From the sequence record PZ242158.1: a stretch of 64,000 nt of DNA, one strand, 5' to 3'. Positions 9,277 through 18,185 of this stretch are shown here, one piece after another; position 1 is the stretch's first letter, and each line of letters opens with the position of its first letter. The DNA comes from a phage. The position numbers and the translations under genes are program-made. The notes beneath the pieces are model-generated. The model was not told the DNA's origin. It searched no databases and worked only from the letters and a program-made list of their open reading frames with translations.

Positions 9277-9537
9277 ATGCGTAAATTAAAAAATTTTGAT
9301 AAAGTTGATGTTGTCCTGAATAATTTTTACTACTGCAACAACAAGGCCATTTGGTGGCGTGATAGTTCCACCGATAAAGTTAAAGCTCGCTTTCTCCAAG
9401 GGCACTGGCAAGGCCGTCCAGTGATTAAAATACTGGGGCAACTGGTAGCGTTTAAAAATTGCCGCCGTGTTGATGACGTTGAAGAGATCTTGAACATTTT
9501 ACGCCACAATAATTTAAAAAATAGTGTTGACAAGTAA
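9277..9537 (+). CDS. hypothetical protein
   Basis: ORF 86 aa. Confidence 0.5.
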   Translation: MRKLKNFDKVDVVLNNFYYCNNKAIWWRDSSTDKVKARFLQGHWQGRPVIKILGQLVAFKNCRRVDDVEEILNILRHNNLKNSVDK

Positions 9538-9554
9538 ATCTCGATAAGTATACT
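9527..9554 (+). promoter_or_regulatory. sigma70-like promoter (TTGACA-16-TATACT) plus 5'UTR hairpin GGCGGGAAAACTTCCCGCC
   Basis: Consensus elements; hairpin at about 9565-9583. Confidence 0.45.
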
Positions 9555-9611
9555 TAAACACACAGGCGGGAAAACTTCCCGCCACTAACAAAGAAAATAG
9601 GAGAAAATATC

Positions 9612-10235
9612 ATGACCACCGTTAACATTACCACAGGTTACAATTTATCTTTCGACGTGCTGACCGACGAACAAAAAGAAAAAGCTATTGAAATGGTCCG
9701 CGAAAGAGAAGAACACAGCGGGGATAATTTTTTTGCAGAAAGTGTAATTGAACACTATAAAGAATATGTCTTTCCAGAGTACGGCCTTGAAGATACCGAA
9801 GTACGTTGGTCCGGCTTTTGGTGTCAAGGCGATGGCGCGTCAATCAGTGCTGAAAACGTGGATTTAGAAAAATTCTTGCGTAAAGTAAAGGCCCTGACCA
9901 AGTTCCGATCAATTCGTCACTTGTTCGGCACAATGCACGATGGCGAGTTATCAGCCAGTGTTGAACGTATCCCGTTTAGCCATTATCATCACGAAAACAC
10001 AATAGGAGGGTGCATCGATACTAATTGGCTAGACCTGACCACCAAGCAAGAGGACAAAGTTGAAGAGCTGGAAGAGCTGATCACCGAGACGGTACGGGAG
10101 CTATCCCGCAAGGTTTACGTAGACCTGGAGGAGGCCTATCTTGAACAGTTTACTACCGAAAACCTGATCGGCCTTATTGAAGCCAATGATTGGCGGTTTG
10201 ATGTGGATGAATATGGGGAGATGAGTTTTTCATAA
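9612..10235 (+). CDS. hypothetical protein
   Basis: ORF 207 aa. Confidence 0.55.
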   Translation: MTTVNITTGYNLSFDVLTDEQKEKAIEMVREREEHSGDNFFAESVIEHYKEYVFPEYGLEDTEVRWSGFWCQGDGASISAENVDLEKFLRKVKALTKFRSIRHLFGTMHDGELSASVERIPFSHYHHENTIGGCIDTNWLDLTTKQEDKVEELEELITETVRELSRKVYVDLEEAYLEQFTTENLIGLIEANDWRFDVDEYGEMSFS

Positions 10236-10325
10236 ATAAAGTGTTGCAATAATCTAAAAACCTGCTATATTAAAAACTCAAGGGGCGAGATGACTTGCCC
10301 CCCACAAAACAAAGAGGAAAACATC

Positions 10326-10706
10326 ATGAAAAACACTACTAAAGCTATTGACACCGTTATGTTTAACCTGGTTACATTCCGTGAAGATATGAAAGATCTT
10401 CCACGTGAAACAGTGTGCGACCATATCGAAAACTATCGCAAACTAATCAAAGAGTTGCCTTTAAAACGTGACCAGTACGCGGCTAACGCTATGCTTAACG
10501 CCATGATCAAAAAGATGATCCAGTGTGATTTAACTCTGGCCTATGATTATGCAGGCGGTCGTTTTGCAGTATACAATCAGCCCGTGCCCGGTATGAGCAC
10601 CACCGAAGAATTGCACGCGTTAAATCTGAAACAAGATGTATGGGATAACATGCCCCGCGTGGTGGTGTGGGCAGAAAGCGGAAAGATTTACGGCGATAAT
10701 TTTTAA
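10326..10706 (+). CDS. hypothetical protein
   Basis: CAAAGAGGAAAACATC-ATG. Confidence 0.5.
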   Translation: MKNTTKAIDTVMFNLVTFREDMKDLPRETVCDHIENYRKLIKELPLKRDQYAANAMLNAMIKKMIQCDLTLAYDYAGGRFAVYNQPVPGMSTTEELHALNLKQDVWDNMPRVVVWAESGKIYGDNF

Positions 10707-10770
10707 TCAGGTAACAGGCGGCATATTTGCCGCCTTATTGTTAAACAGAACTGCAAAAGAGGTACATAGA

Positions 10771-11142
10771 ATGGAATTTATTATTTTGGCTGTAGTAGTT
10801 GCCTTGTTCAACGCCTGGATCGCTGGCAAGATGGGTAGATCCGCTTTTTTATGGTTTATTATATCTATTTTCCTGGGGGTGGTTGCAACTATTGTACTTG
10901 TTATCCTTGCAATTGTTGACAAGGGGAATAATAGAAAGGGTAAAGTATTTTCAGACCTGTACGACGCTCAAACATTTGTCAACGCCTACTACAGCGATCT
11001 TCCAGTCTCCCTACGTTGCAGCCTTGCACAACAGGTTTTCGATGAAGCTAAAACCAGAGATCACGCCCATGAGATTTGTTTAACTGAGGCGGATCGCCTA
11101 TTTGAGAGGAATAGAAAATATGTGGACCAGCCGTTTAAATAA
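10771..11142 (+). CDS. hypothetical membrane protein (two predicted TM helices)
   Basis: Hydrophobic N-terminal half. Confidence 0.45.
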   Translation: MEFIILAVVVALFNAWIAGKMGRSAFLWFIISIFLGVVATIVLVILAIVDKGNNRKGKVFSDLYDAQTFVNAYYSDLPVSLRCSLAQQVFDEAKTRDHAHEICLTEADRLFERNRKYVDQPFK

Positions 11143-11361
11143 TGCCACGTTAATTAACCCCTTTAGTGAAGATTTGAAGCCAGCCGCCTGGCGGGATGGA
11201 TTCAATAACGAAAGCTTTATTTTCAGGCCTGATCTTAAGGAATTTTATAACAATGGATCGAACAACGACAGAGATAATTTTTCTTGTAATGTGCGTGGTG
11301 ATAATACTCCTGGGAGCCATTGCAAACCACGTCACTGCTAACAGGAGGAAAGGGGGAGACG

Positions 11362-11481
11362 ATGACACCCAAGGATAAGCCCCGCACCGATAAGGCGCGC
11401 CGTGTTATGGTATGGCTTGAGATCATCGCCCTTGAAATATTGTTAGGCGTAGGGATGTATTTTATCGCTGTAAGTAATTGA
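11362..11481 (+). CDS. small hydrophobic peptide (39 aa)
   Basis: AGGAGGAAAGGGGGAG RBS; C-terminal TM-like segment; followed by terminator-like hairpin. Confidence 0.3.
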   Translation: MTPKDKPRTDKARRVMVWLEIIALEILLGVGMYFIAVSN

Positions 11482-11622
11482 TAACGGCCCCGATCCCTGG
11501 GGCCTAACTTTTCAAATTTTTTTTCTCCCTGAGTGTTGCAATCCGATCCAGAATATGGATAATAACAATCAACGGGGAGACACTCCCCACCGCATAGACA
11601 AAGTTCCAAAAGGAGAAACAAA

Positions 11623-11823
11623 ATGAGCAACAATATCCGCGTTATTAACTTCAAAAAAGAAGAAAAAATTGCCGTGCTGATTGACGGTCAAGAAATCTTT
11701 AAAGGTGATTATGAAGATCATCAAACGGCGATTAGTATCACTCGCGTGATTGGTTACCATAATTTTTACCCTCAAGGCGCTGAGGCAGCAGTAAAACTAA
11801 TTAAAGAGATTGTAGGCCTGTAA
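11623..11823 (+). CDS. hypothetical small protein
   Basis: AAAAGGAGAAACAAA-ATG. Confidence 0.5.
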   Translation: MSNNIRVINFKKEEKIAVLIDGQEIFKGDYEDHQTAISITRVIGYHNFYPQGAEAAVKLIKEIVGL

Positions 11824-11835
11824 AATTTATTTTTA

Positions 11836-11872
11836 GATGGCCTTGACTCCAGGGCCATCAATAAAGTAAATT
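11836..11872 (+). promoter_or_regulatory. third copy of terminator-hairpin/promoter module
   Basis: GATGGCCTTGACTCCAGGGCCATCAATAAAGTAAAT. Confidence 0.45.
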
Positions 11873-11914
11873 TAAACCCTGTTAAAATAATCAGTGCAAA
11901 AAGGAGTAATGATC

Positions 11915-12214
11915 ATGTTTATCCAGGCTAATAATCTTTATTTCTTTGATGGTCAGATCGTAGACGGCGTGGAGGTGGAAATCACCGGGTGCCCTGGCGG
12001 TCAGGTTATGACTTTTCGGAATAATGCCTTTGATGATTCTCATATCGTTATGAGAATGGAAGTTAGTAAGCTGGATGACAAGAAAACACTCATTGATTAT
12101 TCCGTGAAAGATCATCCAGACTACCACATGATCTATGGTGATTTGTGCATTGTTGACCGTGACAAGGTGGGCGGCATTGTGATCGCTATTGTGAACGATG
12201 TTTTCTCAAACTAA
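11915..12214 (+). CDS. hypothetical protein
   Basis: AAAAGGAGTAATGATC-ATG. Confidence 0.5.
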   Translation: MFIQANNLYFFDGQIVDGVEVEITGCPGGQVMTFRNNAFDDSHIVMRMEVSKLDDKKTLIDYSVKDHPDYHMIYGDLCIVDRDKVGGIVIAIVNDVFSN

Positions 12215-12231
12215 TTTCAGCAGGTGATTTT

Positions 12232-12582
12232 ATGAAAGTAAAACTATATTACCTTAATGAGCTTAACCCCCTTGCCCAGGTCCGCGCCCTGGCTAATACC
12301 TTGATTTGTGAGAAATCTGTATATTGTGTTGAGCTTAACTCCATGCGTGAACGTCTCAAAGGTGGTTACTTTGACATCCATGCTGCAATCAACGGCCTGA
12401 ATATGGAATTTATCCGCTTACGTAACAGCCGCCAGAATCTGGCAAGAATGGAACAAGATCCGGCCCACCTTCGTAAGCTGGTTATTGAAAATCATCTAAT
12501 GTTTAATGCCGATGGTGATTATTACCATTTTCACCGTAAACGCTGGTACCGTAGCGGCAATATAGGAAAGAATGCAAAATAA
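12232..12582 (+). CDS. hypothetical protein
   Basis: ORF 116 aa followed by two hairpins (12586-12651). Confidence 0.5.
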   Translation: MKVKLYYLNELNPLAQVRALANTLICEKSVYCVELNSMRERLKGGYFDIHAAINGLNMEFIRLRNSRQNLARMEQDPAHLRKLVIENHLMFNADGDYYHFHRKRWYRSGNIGKNAK

Positions 12583-12788
12583 GGCCCCTGGCAGGGCCTG
12601 CAGCGATATAATCACATAAAGGCTATGCGGTTGCATAGCCTTTATTATTTTGGCGTTACAGCGGCCCCCAAGGCGCTTAAAAAATTTTTAAAGAAGTACT
12701 TGCATCAAGTCCTACAATATGGATAATAAAGGGTGTCGGGGGGCGGTGAGGCCTCCAATCATTAACCGGATAGATAGGAGTTAAAACC

Positions 12789-13073
12789 ATGGCTATTGTT
12801 ACCGTTGGCGATGTAGTAGAAATGGAAGCCAAATACTTAAAAGCTGGTATGCATATCATACGGAATGATCAAGAATTGTTATTAACCATGGTTGAATATA
12901 ATCCCGGTCAGGATTATCCAAGCATTGACTACTTTTTCCAGTATGTTGATGAAGAATTAAAAGAGGATGAGGCTTATCAGGGTGAATTTTGTAATTTCTT
13001 TTGCCCTGATGAGGTTGTAAAAGTTATCTATCAACCTGGCGTACCTTTCCCGCTGCACGCTATCAACAAATAA
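12789..13073 (+). CDS. hypothetical acidic protein
   Basis: ATAGGAGTTAAAACC-ATG. Confidence 0.5.
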   Translation: MAIVTVGDVVEMEAKYLKAGMHIIRNDQELLLTMVEYNPGQDYPSIDYFFQYVDEELKEDEAYQGEFCNFFCPDEVVKVIYQPGVPFPLHAINK

Positions 13074-13128
13074 ACCTGGCGGGGCCGAAAAGGCCCCCAA
13101 TTATGAAAATAAAGAGAGGCAAATCATC

Positions 13129-13362
13129 ATGATGGAACAAATTAAACGCGCCGAGGCTATTAATGGCAACGTGATCTATTTTGTCAGCAAAAACGAAAAA
13201 GGCGTACCCTATGCGGCGGTAATAGTACAGCCTGACGGCGATTATTGGTGTACTGTGTACGGCGCTTATTCTTTTGGGCGTCCAGTGCATGATAAAATTT
13301 TGAAAGTAGCGAACCCTACCGGGAAAAATATCACAGCAGAAAAATTTTTTGAAAATAGTTGA
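13129..13362 (+). CDS. hypothetical small protein
   Basis: AAAGAGAGGCAAATCATC-ATG. Confidence 0.5.
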   Translation: MMEQIKRAEAINGNVIYFVSKNEKGVPYAAVIVQPDGDYWCTVYGAYSFGRPVHDKILKVANPTGKNITAEKFFENS

Positions 13363-13433
13363 CATGACCATATAAGACTGTAGTATATAAATCAAAGGGG
13401 CAAGCCCCACCAACCACAAAGAGGATAAAAATC

Positions 13434-13613
13434 ATGGCTATTATTGCAAAGACTGAGATCGTAGGCTTGGATTCTATTCTCCTCGCATATGAGGAAGCTA
13501 TAGAAATGTATGTGGTTTCCTATGGTGAGTATATCCGTGAATATAAATCTATTGATCTGGCTTTTGAATGTTATATTCGCCAGGTTAATAAAGCGTACGA
13601 TGATTATCGTTAA
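13434..13613 (+). CDS. hypothetical small protein (59 aa)
   Basis: TTGACA-16-TAGTAT promoter and CAAAGAGGATAAAAATC-ATG. Confidence 0.4.
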   Translation: MAIIAKTEIVGLDSILLAYEEAIEMYVVSYGEYIREYKSIDLAFECYIRQVNKAYDDYR

Positions 13614-13703
13614 AATAGTTTGAAAACAAACAACCATCTTACAAAGCATAATACATAAGGCGGTGGAATGGTCCGCCACCTGGAACAAGAAGAGGAAAAC
13701 AAA

Positions 13704-13808
13704 ATGAAACAGAAATTAATTGATGCGGTGATCCTGGTTATTGCCCTGGGTATTGGCCTGATTGCAACCATGGCTAATGTGATCTTGTCTTCCAACGGTA
13801 TCGGGTGA
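13704..13808 (+). CDS. small hydrophobic peptide (34 aa)
   Basis: AAGAGGAAAACAAA-ATG; single TM-like segment. Confidence 0.3.
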   Translation: MKQKLIDAVILVIALGIGLIATMANVILSSNGIG

Positions 13809-13817
13809 GGTTGGCAA

Positions 13818-14033
13818 ATGATCACTAACAAAACAGGCAAAACGGAATTTTTACGCAACTTACAGATCGGCAAGCCTGAGATCTGGTATTGCACTAAAAC
13901 ACCACGTGACGAAATGAAAGACTTCACCGCCACGCTGCAACGGGTAAAGATATCCATCACGCAGAAAAAGGCCTTGATAGTGGTGGAAGGTGAGATCCCT
14001 CAAACCGTTGTTATAGTTGAGCGTACAGCATAG
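13818..14033 (+). CDS. hypothetical small protein
   Basis: ORF 71 aa. Confidence 0.45.
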   Translation: MITNKTGKTEFLRNLQIGKPEIWYCTKTPRDEMKDFTATLQRVKISITQKKALIVVEGEIPQTVVIVERTA

Positions 14034-14124
14034 TTTAATTTATACCGATACCCGAAAATTAACCAACAAAGCATAAACAGGCGGTTACCGCCGCCTTAAA
14101 CGTAGCAGAAAGAGGATAGACACA

Positions 14125-14409
14125 ATGAAAAAGATGATCGCAGTGGTTGCCCTGGTTGTTGGACTTAATGCGCCTGTAATGGCTAAAGAGCTGGCAAAAG
14201 AGGTTGATCTAACGGATATCCATGCCGTCAATCAAATCGGGGTTACTTATCGCTTATGCCTTGCCGCTAAAACTTTTAATGACGGCACAACAGAGTACTA
14301 CGGATTCGAGGGTATCCGGTGCGGTGAGCTTGCTCGCGACCTTAAGGAAGATCCAGACCTGGAAGATCTGCCCATCACCGTAAACGGTAAAGCTTACGTA
14401 AACCGTTAA
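14125..14409 (+). CDS. hypothetical secreted protein (N-terminal signal peptide)
   Basis: MKKMIAVVALVVGLNAPVMA signal-like N-terminus. Confidence 0.5.
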   Translation: MKKMIAVVALVVGLNAPVMAKELAKEVDLTDIHAVNQIGVTYRLCLAAKTFNDGTTEYYGFEGIRCGELARDLKEDPDLEDLPITVNGKAYVNR

Positions 14410-14411
14410 CC

Positions 14412-14546
14412 ATGAGAAAGATAATCATCACCTTGGGGATTGTGGCGGGATCGCTGGCGCTCTTTCTCCTTATGGTTAGGTATGTGCTGATCGGTATTGT
14501 CCTGGTAGTCAGTGATCTATTGGAAACGGTTGGCACCTTGTTTTAA
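14412..14546 (+). CDS. small hydrophobic peptide (44 aa)
   Basis: Two hydrophobic stretches; immediately follows upstream stop. Confidence 0.3.
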   Translation: MRKIIITLGIVAGSLALFLLMVRYVLIGIVLVVSDLLETVGTLF

Positions 14547-14558
14547 AGAGCGGTAAAA

Positions 14559-14750
14559 ATGAATATCGAACAAGTTAGAAAGGTATTGGCGGTACTGCGT
14601 TATCATAATCATAGAAAGGTCATAGACGATCCTGATTATGTCGATTCAAGCCTGGAAGGGGATACACTACAAGCCATAAGTAATATGCAAGAATTGCTAA
14701 AGCGCATGACAGAGAAAAACCGACCGGACTACATAGGCGAAAAAATATAA
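14559..14750 (+). CDS. hypothetical small protein
   Basis: ORF 63 aa; terminator-like hairpin downstream. Confidence 0.45.
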   Translation: MNIEQVRKVLAVLRYHNHRKVIDDPDYVDSSLEGDTLQAISNMQELLKRMTEKNRPDYIGEKI

Positions 14751-14963
14751 TCCTTATAAACTACAAAACAGGGCTTGCAATGGTCCTGTTTTTTTGTTAT
14801 ACTTGTTTCACGGCAGGCACCTGGCGACGGGGGGAGACAATCACCGGGTGTGCCTGCTATATAAAAACTATAAAAACCGTTGACATCTGCCAGGTGCTGG
14901 GGTAGCATTTATCTCGAAGGGGGCAAAAGCGCCCACACAACAACCGGAAGAGAGGAAAACGCC

Positions 14964-15236
14964 ATGTTAAGCTGGATTAACCAAGAAGTTGAATCACGTT
15001 TTAATGCTATTTGGGATCTCATCGAAAAAGAAGACGGCACATCAAGCCCCTACCTCAACAATTTGGAATTCCATTTTGTGGAAGCGATGAACGCAGAACA
15101 TGATCACGAAGGTGGCGCGGATGAGTTCGCTAAAGGTTATGGCTTTAACAATGCCAACGAAATGATCGAGGCGGTAGTACTCCAGGCTGAGGAAGATTAT
15201 CAATTAAAAACGCTTGAATTCTGCCGCCGCAAGTAA
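14964..15236 (+). CDS. hypothetical acidic protein
   Basis: GAAGAGAGGAAAACGCC-ATG. Confidence 0.45.
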   Translation: MLSWINQEVESRFNAIWDLIEKEDGTSSPYLNNLEFHFVEAMNAEHDHEGGADEFAKGYGFNNANEMIEAVVLQAEEDYQLKTLEFCRRK

Positions 15237-15298
15237 TAAGATAATGACACGGGCCAAAAGGCCCACTAAACAAAAACCACATAAAGAGGAAAAACATC

Positions 15299-15562
15299 AT
15301 GAAACGCCTTGATCAGCTCAAATTAGTTCAATATATGGCTTATCGTGTTCTTGAAGTCCAGAAAGGTAGCAAAAAAGAGGTTTGCGAGAAAGCTTATAAG
15401 ATCTTCACTCGCAAAAAAGATGACTGGATGCTACGCCAGACCAAAAAGGCTGACATCTTGGGGTACCTGGAAGAAGAGATCCGACTTGAAGAGCAAGAAG
15501 AGATCCGCCGTAGTGAGGCAGATTATCAGGCAGCTTGGGAAAACTGGATGAGCAACAAATAA
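15299..15562 (+). CDS. hypothetical protein
   Basis: AAAGAGGAAAAACATC-ATG. Confidence 0.5.
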   Translation: MKRLDQLKLVQYMAYRVLEVQKGSKKEVCEKAYKIFTRKKDDWMLRQTKKADILGYLEEEIRLEEQEEIRRSEADYQAAWENWMSNK

Positions 15563-15705
15563 TACAACAAGGTGCACGGTCAGGGGCTTAAAGCCCCTTG
15601 ATCACATAAAAATTATGCTATCCCTGGTTGACAGGGATCGGCAGTTTTGCTATATTCTTTTTTGAAGGGAAGTTGTAAGAAAATTAACTAAGAGGTAAAA
15701 ACACC

Positions 15706-16125
15706 ATGAACATTAAATCTAATAATCCGGCATATAGCTTTGATAACGCTTTTTGTCACGGTCCGGCGGCGAAAGGATTCGAAATCGATGGTAAACTAAT
15801 TATTGTCAATGTTGACGGGGAAGAGGTTGCAGTATATCCGGTGGCAGACGTAAAAAGCCGTTTACAATGCCGCATGGATGTTACCGCCTATCAGCTTGAT
15901 CCGGTCCGCATAGTTGCCCTGGTCCTGGAAGAAGAAATTAAAGCCATGCACCATAGCAACAGGTTTATTGGTGACGCTCAGGATAATATGAAGGTGTGCC
16001 GCCATAAAGTTAATGAAGTGCTTAAAGAGTACGGCTATAAAGATCTTATGATCAAACGTGATGAAAAATTCCGGTACCGTAACGACCTGGCAAATCGGAT
16101 TTTTGAAATATACGAATCATTATAA
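15706..16125 (+). CDS. hypothetical protein
   Basis: CTAAGAGGTAAAAACACC-ATG; last plus-strand gene before gene-free zone. Confidence 0.5.
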   Translation: MNIKSNNPAYSFDNAFCHGPAAKGFEIDGKLIIVNVDGEEVAVYPVADVKSRLQCRMDVTAYQLDPVRIVALVLEEEIKAMHHSNRFIGDAQDNMKVCRHKVNEVLKEYGYKDLMIKRDEKFRYRNDLANRIFEIYESL

Positions 16126-16785
16126 TTTTTTAACTGAATTATCAAGGGGCTTAGGTCCCTTTCTTTTTGTCTGCTCTTCCTCCCTACCATAAACGGCCCT
16201 ACCTGGCAAGTGGAATAATTGACGAGCCATCAATCCCACACACTGTACAAATATACATGTAAAATAACTATTGCATAACCTTTCATTGTGTGGTAGCGGT
16301 GCTATTTTTACCCGTTTTCCTTCCAAAATTGCACGTAATGCAGCTATTGCACAAAATTTAACCTGATGCGCATCTTCAATATCTTGTCAACAACTAAAAA
16401 TCTTTATAAGTCATACACTTACACAAACCAAAAAGCGTGTTCTACGTGAAAAATCGAGTATAACTATAGCCGACAGATCTCAGAATTTACGTACGCTCAC
16501 CATTCTATAGCCTGCTAAGTATTTATTCCGACCATAGAATAACAGAATAGTCAATACCTGCATAAAATAATTATTCGTTTAAATTGCATAACATAAATCA
16601 GCTCAGGTGTCAACATTTTTCGTAAACAGTCTGAAATTGTCACGGCAAGTTATCATAATCAGAGAAATCTTTAGTCGTCTAATGTTTACTGTACGTTACT
16701 ATACTAACTGGAATCATTAGATGACTAATAGAAAGATAAGAAATAATTAACAATACAATTATTTTATCTGTAACAATAAGGCAAC

Positions 16786-16950
16786 TATGCAAACGAATGG
16801 CATGGCGCGACGGAGTCGCGACATAATATAAAAGCAGTAACCATCACCCCCGTGATAGTTTGTCTGCAATCTATTAATCAGATCATAGTTGCCTTGTATT
16901 TAGTTAATCATGACATAACAAGCAAGGCAACTATAGATCTTCTAATAGTT
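16786..16950. repeat. iteron-like inverted repeats (AAGGCAACTAT / ATAGTTGCCTTG) with palindrome GCGACGGAGTCGC
   Basis: GGCAACTAT occurs twice direct and twice inverted within about 160 bp; ATGCAAACGAATGGCATGGC also repeated at 16797 and 17059. Confidence 0.5.
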
Positions 16951-17191
16951 GCCCTGCTTTTATATTATGTCATATATTATTAACTTGTTAATTGTTAGTC
17001 AGTCAAATCAACAGCGTTATCATTTCAGTCTTTATTGTTGTTGATCGTTATTGTTATCATGCAAACGAATGGCATGGCTTATCATCTCTGTATAAACAGT
17101 TTATGCGTGAACAGTGAGGCATGCAATAGTAACAATTGTTATTGTGTCATCATGTCAAGGGTAAAGTGTCATAGTATGTCAGACATGTTTT

Positions 17192-17625
17192 TCCCCTCTT
17201 TGTCAAGTGCTGCATGAAAAAATTTACAAGCTGGTATGGTAGCATTTTTGCGGCCTTGTTTACATTCAGGAGTGTATGTATAATCCTTGTTGTGTGGGCG
17301 TTTATACGTCTGGACGGTCAGAAGTCTGCAGGTTAATATCTAATCTATTGGCTGCTAACTATATCCCACACAAATGATAAGAAATATAATTGTTATATGC
17401 GTAAACTGTAACTCATGTTATCAATCCCTGTATGTATCGCCAGTGGTGCGCATAATGGGTATTATGTTAAATTGCCCGTAATGATAACAGTTCTCACAAT
17501 GATAGGTATTCTCATTCATCCACACAAAATAGGTTGCAAATGTTGTGCCACTGTGTGAACGGCCTGGCCTATTAATTTCTCTCACTGCCTCGATATTTGA
17601 GAATTGTTATAAGAATGAGAAGTAT
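17192..17625. repeat. 434-bp direct repeat, copy 1
   Basis: Identical to 17752-18185 by visual comparison. Confidence 0.85.
17256..17284 (+). promoter_or_regulatory. sigma70-like promoter inside repeat copy 1 (TTGTTT-17-TATAAT)
   Basis: Perfect -10 hexamer with 17-bp spacer; no ORF downstream. Confidence 0.4.
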
Positions 17626-17751
17626 CCATGTTTATATTACATCTACTTGGTTCAGAACCAAAATGCGCGAAAGCGTTTCACGATAACTAGCGACCACGGT
17701 CTGTTCCCTGGCGGCCATACGGCTTCTACTGAACGCAGCAGAGGGCGATAA

Positions 17752-18185
17752 TCCCCTCTTTGTCAAGTGCTGCATGAAAAAATTTACAAGCTGGTATGGT
17801 AGCATTTTTGCGGCCTTGTTTACATTCAGGAGTGTATGTATAATCCTTGTTGTGTGGGCGTTTATACGTCTGGACGGTCAGAAGTCTGCAGGTTAATATC
17901 TAATCTATTGGCTGCTAACTATATCCCACACAAATGATAAGAAATATAATTGTTATATGCGTAAACTGTAACTCATGTTATCAATCCCTGTATGTATCGC
18001 CAGTGGTGCGCATAATGGGTATTATGTTAAATTGCCCGTAATGATAACAGTTCTCACAATGATAGGTATTCTCATTCATCCACACAAAATAGGTTGCAAA
18101 TGTTGTGCCACTGTGTGAACGGCCTGGCCTATTAATTTCTCTCACTGCCTCGATATTTGAGAATTGTTATAAGAATGAGAAGTAT
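17752..18185. repeat. 434-bp direct repeat, copy 2
   Basis: Identical to copy 1; 126-bp unique spacer between copies. Confidence 0.85.
17816..17844 (+). promoter_or_regulatory. sigma70-like promoter inside repeat copy 2 (TTGTTT-17-TATAAT)
   Basis: Same as copy 1. Confidence 0.4.

Noticed and set aside
17192-18185. Possible CRISPR array suggested by exact direct repeats
   Set aside because: Only two copies, each 434 bp with a 126-bp spacer; CRISPR repeats are 24-48 bp and numerous, and no cas genes are present.
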